Source of the DNA: an uncultured bacterium
GTDB taxonomy: Bacteria; Hydrogenedentota; Hydrogenedentia; Hydrogenedentales; JAEUWI01
Direction of reading: 5' to 3'
Length of the DNA: 11,091 nucleotides
NCBI GenBank assembly: GCA_963977445.1
Contig: CAXBPH010000233.1
Location: 1-11,091, forward strand
Position 1 is the first letter of the stretch, and the number at the start of each line of letters is the position of its first letter. This document shows positions 1 to 6,515 of this stretch, in pieces. The notes below the pieces were generated by a model that was not told the origin of the DNA, searched no databases, and saw only the letters and a program-made list of their open reading frames with translations. The position numbers were made by a program, and so were the translations under genes.

Positions 1-1
1 C

Positions 2-202
2 ACCTCAGGCGGCTGGGCGGCACTGGGTCAACTATCTGTCGGCGATCTCTTGCTGTCCGTCGACGGCAACGATGCGCATAAAGTCGAAGACATAGAAAAG
101 ATACTGTCGGAGCTTGCCGAGAAGAAAGCCGATACCGTCGTTTTCAAAATACTTCGTGGCATTCACACGCTCTTCATCGAAATTGAACCCAAATGGTCCT
201 GA
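2..202 (+). CDS. C-terminal fragment of a PDZ-domain protein (5'-truncated by the window edge)
   Basis: Frame 2 is open from base 2 to TGA at 200-202 and reads TSGGWAALGQLSVGDLLLSVDGNDAHKVEDIEKILSELAEKKADTVVFKILRGIHTLFIEIEPKWS*. This fits the PDZ C-terminal pattern (xxAxxG LxxGDxxxxxDG, helix, VxxxxxRG). Not in the supplied ORF track because the start is outside the window. Confidence 0.8.
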   Translation, partial: TSGGWAALGQLSVGDLLLSVDGNDAHKVEDIEKILSELAEKKADTVVFKILRGIHTLFIEIEPKWS

Positions 203-230
203 TTCGAACGCATCATTGCGATTTCGAATC
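201..230. other. Intergenic stem-loop directly after the PDZ gene stop
   Basis: GATTCGAA-CGCA-TCAT-TGCG-AT-TTCGAATC: perfect 8-bp outer stem plus 4-bp inner stem with a 2-nt bulge. No immediate U-tract. Confidence 0.45.
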
Positions 231-273
231 TTAGCGCTTTTCAGATATTAACCCAAAGAGGATTGAGACGTTT

Positions 274-1053
274 ATGTACATCCTTCCCCGAATTACGACG
301 GCCTTCGTCGCAGTACTTGCTCTGGTTGCCACAACGGTCGCTGGTGCCGATGAAGATTCCGCAAGTGCACGGGCCATTCTGGAACAACAGAAGGCTGCCG
401 TGGTCACCGTGCAGATGGTGGTCAAAATCACCTGGTCCATGGGCGGCAACTCCAACCAGAACGAGAGCAAAGTAGAAGCGACAGGCACGGTTATCGGTGC
501 CGATGGCCTGACCGTGTTGGCCCTGTCCTCTACGGATCCCAGCAGCATTTCCAAAACCATGGGCAGCGATTTTAAGATGGACGCAGAATTGAGCGACATC
601 AAGCTGCTGCTTCAGGATGATACGGAAGTTCCAGCGGAAGTGGTCATCCGCGACGTAGAACTCGACCTCGCCTTCGTACGGCCCCTTACCAAGCCCGAAG
701 CGCCCATGGCCTTCATCGACTTGAACAACAACAGCGAAGTGCAATTGCTGGACCGCGTGCTGACCTTGAACCGACTTGGTCGCGTCGCCAACCGGGTGTA
801 TTCTGCATCCTTCGAATACATCGACGCCGTCGTTGAAAAGCCCCGTCGCTATTACATTCCTGGCAACGACCCCACCAGCACCAGTGCCGGTTGTCCCTCA
901 TTCAGCCTCGATGGGAAAATCGTTGGTGTCTTTGTACTCCGCGCTATCAGCGCCGAAGCTGGCAACGCCGGTCGACGGGACAACGTCATGCCTATAATTT
1001 TACCGGCCGTGGACATACTTGATGGCGTTGCCCAGGTGCCGCCTTACAATTGA
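274..1053 (+). CDS. Secreted trypsin-like (HtrA/S1C fold) domain protein, probably catalytically inactive
   Basis: Signal-peptide-like N-terminus ending VAGA; AGAGGA upstream. HtrA-like blocks: ATGTVIGADGLTV (cf. GSGxIIxxDGYIxTNxHV), DVELDLAFVR (cf. DxxxDLAxxK), SAGCPSFSLDGKIVGV (cf. NSGGPLxNxxGEVIGI). Confidence 0.8.
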   Translation: MYILPRITTAFVAVLALVATTVAGADEDSASARAILEQQKAAVVTVQMVVKITWSMGGNSNQNESKVEATGTVIGADGLTVLALSSTDPSSISKTMGSDFKMDAELSDIKLLLQDDTEVPAEVVIRDVELDLAFVRPLTKPEAPMAFIDLNNNSEVQLLDRVLTLNRLGRVANRVYSASFEYIDAVVEKPRRYYIPGNDPTSTSAGCPSFSLDGKIVGVFVLRAISAEAGNAGRRDNVMPIILPAVDILDGVAQVPPYN

Positions 1054-1164
1054 GGCACGAAGCGCGGGCCTTTGCCCCTTGAAATTTGACGAGATACCCG
1101 GGCCGCTGCATGGCATGCCCGGGGTCTTAATGTAACAGGGATAGTGGACACCGTGTCTGGATTG

Positions 1165-1902
1165 ATGGAGCTTGCGGGAAAAACCGCATTGGTTACGGGT
1201 GGCGCTGTGCGATTGGGTGCCGCAGTTGCCCGAGAACTCGCCACTGCAGGCGTGCACTGCATAATCCACTATCGGAATTCCGATCAAGCTGGCCGTGCCC
1301 TCGCCGAGGAAATACGGGCGCTGGGTGTAGCGGCCTATCTGGTACAAGGTGATCTGGCAAAACCTGAGTGCGTCGAATCCCTATGGGAGGATGCCCTGTC
1401 TCAGGCGGGCCATATCGACATCCTCATAAACAGCGCCTCCATTTTTCCAGAAACAACCCTGGCGGAAGTCACTCAGGAAAACCTTTCTGAAAATCTGGCC
1501 GTAAACTCCCTGTCCCCACTCTATCTCGCCCGCCAACTGGCCGCGACGGGGAAGCCCGGTGTCGTTATCAATTTTCTGGACACCATGGTTCGTGACTATG
1601 ACAAAAAACACGTTTCCTACCATATAAGTAAGAAAGTGCTCCACGATTTCACCCGAATGATGGCGGTAGAATTCGCGCCGACACTACGCGTAAATGCCGT
1701 AGCTCCGGGTCTGGTGCTTCCACCCGTGGGGGAAGACACGGCCTATCTCGAAGGCTTAAAGCATTCAAATTTATTGCAAGACTATGGCTGTGCAGAACAA
1801 ATTTCCCACGCGGTAATTTTTCTTCTTGTTAATGAGTTTATCACGGGCCAGACTATCTATATTGATGGCGGCCGCAATCTGCGAGGCTCCATGTATGAGT
1901 AA
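1165..1902 (+). CDS. SDR-family pteridine reductase (FolM/PTR1-like dihydromonapterin/dihydrofolate reductase)
   Basis: TGGAVRLG cofactor motif with the Arg typical of PTR1/FolM, IHYRNS, INSAS, catalytic YHISK, RVNAVAPG, ITGQTIYIDGG. First gene of a pterin cluster. Start uncertain: ATG 1165 preferred, in-frame GTG at 1144 or 1153 possible. Confidence 0.85.
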   Translation: MELAGKTALVTGGAVRLGAAVARELATAGVHCIIHYRNSDQAGRALAEEIRALGVAAYLVQGDLAKPECVESLWEDALSQAGHIDILINSASIFPETTLAEVTQENLSENLAVNSLSPLYLARQLAATGKPGVVINFLDTMVRDYDKKHVSYHISKKVLHDFTRMMAVEFAPTLRVNAVAPGLVLPPVGEDTAYLEGLKHSNLLQDYGCAEQISHAVIFLLVNEFITGQTIYIDGGRNLRGSMYE

Positions 1903-2272
1903 TGCGTTAGACAGAATTTACATACGGGATCTCCGCTTACGTTGTATCGTAGGGATCTATCCGGATGAACGCACCAACAAACAGGACGTGCTTATCAACG
2001 TGACCCTGTGGAGCGATTTGAAGAAGGCGGGGGAGACCGACCAGATCGAGGATACGGTCAACTACAAATTCGTGAAGAAACGGATTGCGACGTTGGTCGA
2101 AAGTTCCGATTATTTATTGATTGAAAAAATGGCCACGGCAATTGCTGACTTGTGTCTATCTGAAAAGGGTGTGGAGCAGGTTCAGGTGACCGTGGACAAG
2201 CCTGGTGCCCTCCGCTTCGCCCGAAGTGTTGCCGTGGAAATAACCCGTACCCGCGAAGCCCGCCATGATTGA
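1895..2272 (+). CDS. folB: Dihydroneopterin aldolase / dihydroneopterin triphosphate 2'-epimerase family protein (FolB/FolX)
   Basis: DRIYIRDLRLRCIVGIYPDER, QDVLINV, TVNYK, LLIEKMA and VDKPGALRFARSV are T-fold FolB/FolX motifs. ATG at 1895 overlaps the SDR stop by 8 nt; the 1826 start in the ORF track lies inside the SDR gene. FolB versus FolX cannot be resolved by eye. Confidence 0.85.
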   Translation: MSNALDRIYIRDLRLRCIVGIYPDERTNKQDVLINVTLWSDLKKAGETDQIEDTVNYKFVKKRIATLVESSDYLLIEKMATAIADLCLSEKGVEQVQVTVDKPGALRFARSVAVEITRTREARHD

Positions 2273-2795
2273 GGCGGTTGGTGCCTGCGCCTTTGTCTCG
2301 GTGGCGGCGAATATCAAGCCGGAGGAGCATATTCCAATGGCCCTGGCACAGTTGGAAGCTTTCGTGTGTATCGAGGCCCTGTCGACCTTCTTCCGTACGG
2401 CCCCTATTGATCGGCCGGAGCAGCCGGATTATCTCAATGGCGTGGCACGGATCCGGACCGACATGGCACCGTTAGACTTGAAAACAGCCGTGCTTCGCGT
2501 CATTGAAACGGCTCTGGGTCGTGAGCGCACCGACGACGCCTACGCGGCCCGTTGCATTGACCTCGATTTAATATTGTACCAGGACTACGTGGTCCACAAT
2601 GATGATCTGACCTTGCCCGATCCTGATATTCTCACACGCCCGTTTTTGAGCGCGGGCATCCTGGAGCTGGCACCCGACATAACCCTGCCGGGCGATACCG
2701 AAGCCCTCGCAACACATGTATCCCAAAGGGAAATGGCCGAACTCAACAAAGACACGGCTTTCACCCGAATACTGAAGGAGAGATTCACCCCATGA
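2265..2795 (+). CDS. folK: 2-amino-4-hydroxy-6-hydroxymethyldihydropteridine diphosphokinase (HPPK), divergent
   Basis: [27 protein letters not shown] (RxxDLD Mg-binding signature), [13 protein letters not shown]. Overlaps the upstream stop by 8 nt (ATGATTGA). Confidence 0.9.
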   Translation: MIEAVGACAFVSVAANIKPEEHIPMALAQLEAFVCIEALSTFFRTAPIDRPEQPDYLNGVARIRTDMAPLDLKTAVLRVIETALGRERTDDAYAARCIDLDLILYQDYVVHNDDLTLPDPDILTRPFLSAGILELAPDITLPGDTEALATHVSQREMAELNKDTAFTRILKERFTP

Positions 2796-3364
2796 ACCAG
2801 GATCGTATCGCCGAATTGGTGCGCGAGTTACTTATTGAGTTGGGAGAGGACCCCGACCGCGAAGGGCTCTTAAAGACCCCCGAGCGGGTTGCCCGGGCCA
2901 TGGAGTTTCTCACGTCTGGGTATCGCCAGGACATTGACACCATCATAAATGGTGCGGTCTTCGAGGCCCAGTCCAACAACATGATAATCAGCCGTGACAT
3001 CGAAATTTACAGTCTCTGCGAACATCACATGTTGCCCTTCTTTGGACGTTGTCACGTGGGCTACATCGCCGAGGAAAAGGTATTGGGCCTGAGTAAGCTC
3101 GCCCGCATCGTGGATTTCTACGCACGCCGCCTCCAGATACAGGAACGGCTGACCGCGCAGATCGCCGAAGAAATCATGAACCAGACCCAGGCAGAGGGGG
3201 TGGGCGTCGTTATCGAGTGCCAACACCTTTGCAGCATGATGCGGGGGGTAGAGAAGCAAAGTTCGGTCATGACCACCTCATCAGTGCTGGGAAGCTTCCG
3301 CGATGAGGCCGCAACGCGACAGGAATTCATGGCCCTCCTAGCCCGCAGCCTGCCGCCGATGTAG
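2792..3364 (+). CDS. folE: GTP cyclohydrolase I
   Basis: [48 protein letters not shown] and HLCSMMRG are canonical FolE motifs including the Zn ligands. ATGA overlap with folK. Confidence 0.97.
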   Translation: MNQDRIAELVRELLIELGEDPDREGLLKTPERVARAMEFLTSGYRQDIDTIINGAVFEAQSNNMIISRDIEIYSLCEHHMLPFFGRCHVGYIAEEKVLGLSKLARIVDFYARRLQIQERLTAQIAEEIMNQTQAEGVGVVIECQHLCSMMRGVEKQSSVMTTSSVLGSFRDEAATRQEFMALLARSLPPM

Positions 3365-3383
3365 TCCGATATGGTCGGAGATG

Positions 3384-3413
3384 TTGCAACAGGACACGTA
3401 GCTTTGCTACTAT
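3384..3413 (+). promoter_or_regulatory. Putative sigma70-type promoter for the tRNA
   Basis: TTGCAA (3384-3389), 18-bp spacer, TACTAT (3408-3413) preceded by an extended -10 TG (3405-3406); ends 14 nt before the tRNA. Confidence 0.6.
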
Positions 3414-3427
3414 TTGCTCCACTTCAT

Positions 3428-3503
3428 GGGGCTGTAGCTCAGTTGGTAGAGTGCTGCGTTCGCAATGCAGAGGTCAGGAGTTCGATCCTCCTCAGCTCCA
3501 CCA
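3428..3503 (+). tRNA. tRNA-Ala, anticodon CGC (reads GCG)
   Basis: 76-nt cloverleaf: acceptor GGGGCTG/CAGCTCC with the G3:U70 alanine identity pair, D arm GCTC/GAGT, anticodon arm CTGCG-TTCGCAA-TGCAG (CGC at 3461-3463), T arm AGGAG-TTCGATC-CTCCT, discriminator A, encoded CCA. Confidence 0.97.
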
Positions 3504-3516
3504 TGAAGAACTTTCT

Positions 3517-3560
3517 CCGCCCAAGGCAGCCGAGCGCTGACTTGGGCGGTTTTTTTGTTT
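3517..3560 (+). terminator. Rho-independent terminator after tRNA-Ala
   Basis: CCGCCCAAG/CTTGGGCGG 9-bp stem extended by CAGC/GCTG, followed directly by TTTTTTTGTTT. Confidence 0.85.
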
Positions 3561-3609
3561 ATTCCGTGCTGTGGCACCCGTCAGCCCCAATTCAAGAGGA
3601 ATTCCTGCG

Positions 3610-5763
3610 ATGAAGTATTTCGGCCTGCTTACGGTTCTCTTTTACGTTACTGCGACACCCTCAATTCGTGCCGATGAACCCTTTTCCCCGCCCATCCAGG
3701 TAGCCCCGTTTGCGCAGCAATACCAGGTGACCTATACCGATCTGGACGGCGCGCCCATGCCTCCGGTCAATCACATCGAACAGAACGATGGGGGAGCGCT
3801 CTTCGCCGCCACGCCAAAAAGATACATCCGACTCACCGACGGCACCTGGAAACAGGGCGATTACGAGGACGTTTTCAAGTCGCAAGATTTGGAAAAAGCA
3901 TCGTTTGAGGGCCTCCAATCGGCCGGAGTCATCCGACAGGTTGTCGCGTTACAGGGCGAACGGGCCGCAGCCACCGAAACGGGCCTCTATCTGAGTCTTA
4001 ACGACGGAGACTGGGCACTGGCGATGCCGACCGAGGGGGAGGTCCGCTGGGCACCTATCGATGTTCGGGCTGTTACCTTTGATGGGGCCGGTCAACTCTG
4101 GTTCGCCAGTCCACAGGGGGTGGGCTACCGGATCAACGAAGGGGAATGGAAACTCTTCACCGGGGCGGAGGGACTGCCCTTCAATGACTTTACCTGTATG
4201 GCCGCTGGCCCCGAGGGTATTTGGTTTGGAACGAGCAATGGGGCCATCCACTATGATGGCAAAACGTGGGAATTTCGACAGGGGCGACGTTGGCTGTTGG
4301 ACAACAAGGTTAACGACGTAACGGTCACGGCCAACGGAAACGCCTGGTTTGCGACCGACCAAGGGATTTCGTGTATTGCTACAAAGCCGATGACCCTTGC
4401 CGAGAAAGCGGTCTATTTTGAAGAACAAATCGATAAATACCATCGTCGAACGGAACTCGAGTACGTTTCCGACGCTACCATGACTACACCAGGCGACAAG
4501 AGCACCGCGGCCGCCCGGGCTACGGACAATGATGGTCATTTCACCGGCATATATCTCGCCTCCGCGAGTCTGGCCTTTGCCGCGACCAAGGACCCCGAAC
4601 AAGAACGAAAAGCCCACAAGGCCTTCGAAGCCCTCGCTTTTCTCAGCAAGGTAACCGAAGGGGGGAGCAATCCCGCGCCGAAGGGACTCATTGCCCGGGC
4701 GGTACAGCCGACGGATGGTCCTGATCCCAATGAAACCCTGAACCCGGAGACAGACCGAAAACGTCAGGAACGAGACACCCTCTGGAAAATCATGGACCCC
4801 CGCTGGCCCACCGATGAAACCGGGAAGTGGTATTGGAAATGTGACGCCAGTTCCGATGAACTTGACGGTTACTACTTCGGATTCAGTTTCTACTACGACT
4901 ACGTCTGCGACACCGATGCCGAACGGGAGCGCCTTAATGAAGTGGTACGTCGCATGACAGACCACTTGTTGATTCACGATTACAATATGGTCGATCACGA
5001 TGGCACACCCACCCGGTGGGGGCACTTTTCGCCGGCCGATTTGAATCAGAACCAGGCCTGGTGGGTGGAGCGCGGCCTCAATTCACAGAGTATTCTTATG
5101 TACCTCCAGGTGGCCCACCACATTACGGGAGACGCGGGCTATCGAGAGGCCTATCTCCAACTCATTAATGAACACGGCTACGCCATCAACGTCATGACCA
5201 ACCCCAAAATCCAGTTTGGTCCAGGCTCCCTGGGACAGGCGGACGACAACATGGCCTTCATGAATTATTATCCCCTGATTCGTTACGAAACTGATCCCGA
5301 ACTGTTGAGCATCTACTACAATTCCATATTCTGGTACTGGCACAACGAAAAATACGAACGTAACGCCTTCTTCAATTTCGTCTATGCGGCGTCTTGCCTC
5401 GGCAAGACACGGACAGACCAGTGGAGAACCCGGGATTTGACCCCCGATACGGAATGGATGGCAATGGCTGTCGATACGTTGAAACGGTACCCCCTCGATC
5501 TCACTGACTGGCCCATGTCCAACGCCCACCGCACCGACCTCCGCTTGCTCGGTGACCACACCCGTAGTCCGGGCACCCCCGTCACCAACGCAGGGTATCG
5601 CAACGATACGCTGGTGTACCCCATGGATGAGAATCATGCCGTCTACTGGGGCGATGACCCATGGACACTGACGGACCGGGGAGATGGAACTACGCTGCGT
5701 GACCCCGTATCTTATCTGCTGGCCTATTACCTGGGCGTTGTCCATGGGTTTATTGCGGAATAA
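3610..5763 (+). CDS. Secreted 717-aa protein: N-terminal regulator-propeller-like beta-propeller plus C-terminal helical domain of unknown function
   Basis: AAGAGGA RBS before ATG 3610 (preferred over GTG 3571). Signal-peptide-like MKYFGLLTVLFYVTATPSIRA. Propeller blades VRAVTFDGAGQLWFASPQGV, GLPFNDFTCMAAGPEGIWFGTSNGA, LLDNKVNDVTVTANGNAWFATDQGIS. From about 4390 onward the sequence is helical and rich in aromatic and acidic residues. Confidence 0.8.
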   Translation: MKYFGLLTVLFYVTATPSIRADEPFSPPIQVAPFAQQYQVTYTDLDGAPMPPVNHIEQNDGGALFAATPKRYIRLTDGTWKQGDYEDVFKSQDLEKASFEGLQSAGVIRQVVALQGERAAATETGLYLSLNDGDWALAMPTEGEVRWAPIDVRAVTFDGAGQLWFASPQGVGYRINEGEWKLFTGAEGLPFNDFTCMAAGPEGIWFGTSNGAIHYDGKTWEFRQGRRWLLDNKVNDVTVTANGNAWFATDQGISCIATKPMTLAEKAVYFEEQIDKYHRRTELEYVSDATMTTPGDKSTAAARATDNDGHFTGIYLASASLAFAATKDPEQERKAHKAFEALAFLSKVTEGGSNPAPKGLIARAVQPTDGPDPNETLNPETDRKRQERDTLWKIMDPRWPTDETGKWYWKCDASSDELDGYYFGFSFYYDYVCDTDAERERLNEVVRRMTDHLLIHDYNMVDHDGTPTRWGHFSPADLNQNQAWWVERGLNSQSILMYLQVAHHITGDAGYREAYLQLINEHGYAINVMTNPKIQFGPGSLGQADDNMAFMNYYPLIRYETDPELLSIYYNSIFWYWHNEKYERNAFFNFVYAASCLGKTRTDQWRTRDLTPDTEWMAMAVDTLKRYPLDLTDWPMSNAHRTDLRLLGDHTRSPGTPVTNAGYRNDTLVYPMDENHAVYWGDDPWTLTDRGDGTTLRDPVSYLLAYYLGVVHGFIAE

Positions 5764-5788
5764 GTCGTTTCAACTACCGCGCAGGACG

Positions 5789-5826
5789 GCGCACGGGCAC
5801 CCTCGAAAATCAGGCAATCCGTGCGT
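5789..5826. other. Inverted repeat between convergent genes, possible transcript-end hairpin
   Basis: GCGCACGG (5789-5796) pairs with CCGTGCGT (5819-5826). Lies between the stops at 5763 (+) and 5845 (-). No good U-tract. Confidence 0.35.
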
Positions 5827-5844
5827 TGCTACATTCACTGAAGT

Positions 5845-6129
5845 TTAGACTTTTCGTGATATGTAGATGCACCAGGCCCACAAGCTGACACTCAGGGTAA
5901 GGACAACAATATTGGCCATGTGCCAGCTCGGCAAATGATAGTGCTCATACTTCCAAAGCGGCACAACACCGAGGTGCCAACGTTGCCATTCGGAGGATCC
6001 GCCCCGGGGCGACATCTCCAAATACGCGGTAATGGGATACATAATCTCGAATAAAATTAAGAGTGCACCCACGGGAAAAACAAGAATCTTAAAATCCTGT
6101 ATTCCGGTAGATTTTGATGCCCATGGCAT
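5845..6129 (-). CDS. Small hypothetical membrane protein (94 aa, two predicted TM helices)
   Basis: Minus strand reads AGGAG-AAGTTCT-ATG, a strong RBS 7 nt before the ATG at 6129. Hydrophobic segments ILVFPVGALLILFEIMYPI and MANIVVLTLSVSLWAWCIYI, basic tail SRKV. Fills an otherwise unexplained gap. Confidence 0.6.
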   Translation of the reverse strand: MPWASKSTGIQDFKILVFPVGALLILFEIMYPITAYLEMSPRGGSSEWQRWHLGVVPLWKYEHYHLPSWHMANIVVLTLSVSLWAWCIYISRKV

Positions 6130-6467
6130 AGAACTTCTCCTGCCGCCCACCCGATCGTCTCTGTTTTAATAACAGTTACCCATTGAGAATGAGTGTCTAG
6201 ACTGTCGGCCCCATGTAATGCCCCGGCCCCAATACCCCGGTGCTTGCTACTGGTTTGTACTTGGCGTTCCGTCCTATCGGCCCAAACCGACCTGGACGCG
6301 CGTCGTACCATACTCTCCCTGCCAAGCATTAGATAGTAGCCTAGCACACCCCACAGGATTACGTCAACACGCCTTCTCGTAGATTTGAGCATAATTATCA
6401 CCCGGGGTCGGTTCTACGCCCCGTGAAACCAAAACGGTCATAGTCCTGTTGGGGCATGGCCGAAACG

Positions 6468-6476
6468 TGCTACACT
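6468..6476 (+). promoter_or_regulatory. Putative extended -10 promoter element for the NHL/GH78 genes
   Basis: TG-C-TACACT about 40 nt upstream of ATG 6516; same TGCTAC start as the tRNA promoter. No convincing -35. Confidence 0.4.
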
Positions 6477-6515
6477 ATGCTTCACTCAGGGGGCCGTAGA
6501 CGAAAGGAATACAGA

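Noticed and set aside
3371..3613. 80-aa plus-strand ORF
   Set aside because: It runs through the tRNA-Ala gene, its promoter and its terminator.
3949..5745. Minus-strand ORFs of 358 aa (3949-5025) and 220 aa (5083-5745)
   Set aside because: Both lie wholly opposite the well-supported 717-aa gene and have no protein-family features.
6057..6401. 114-aa minus-strand ORF, or a frameshifted fusion with the 94-aa membrane ORF
   Set aside because: No clear RBS or motif; it overlaps the 94-aa ORF, which has its own strong RBS, so a frameshift need not be invoked.
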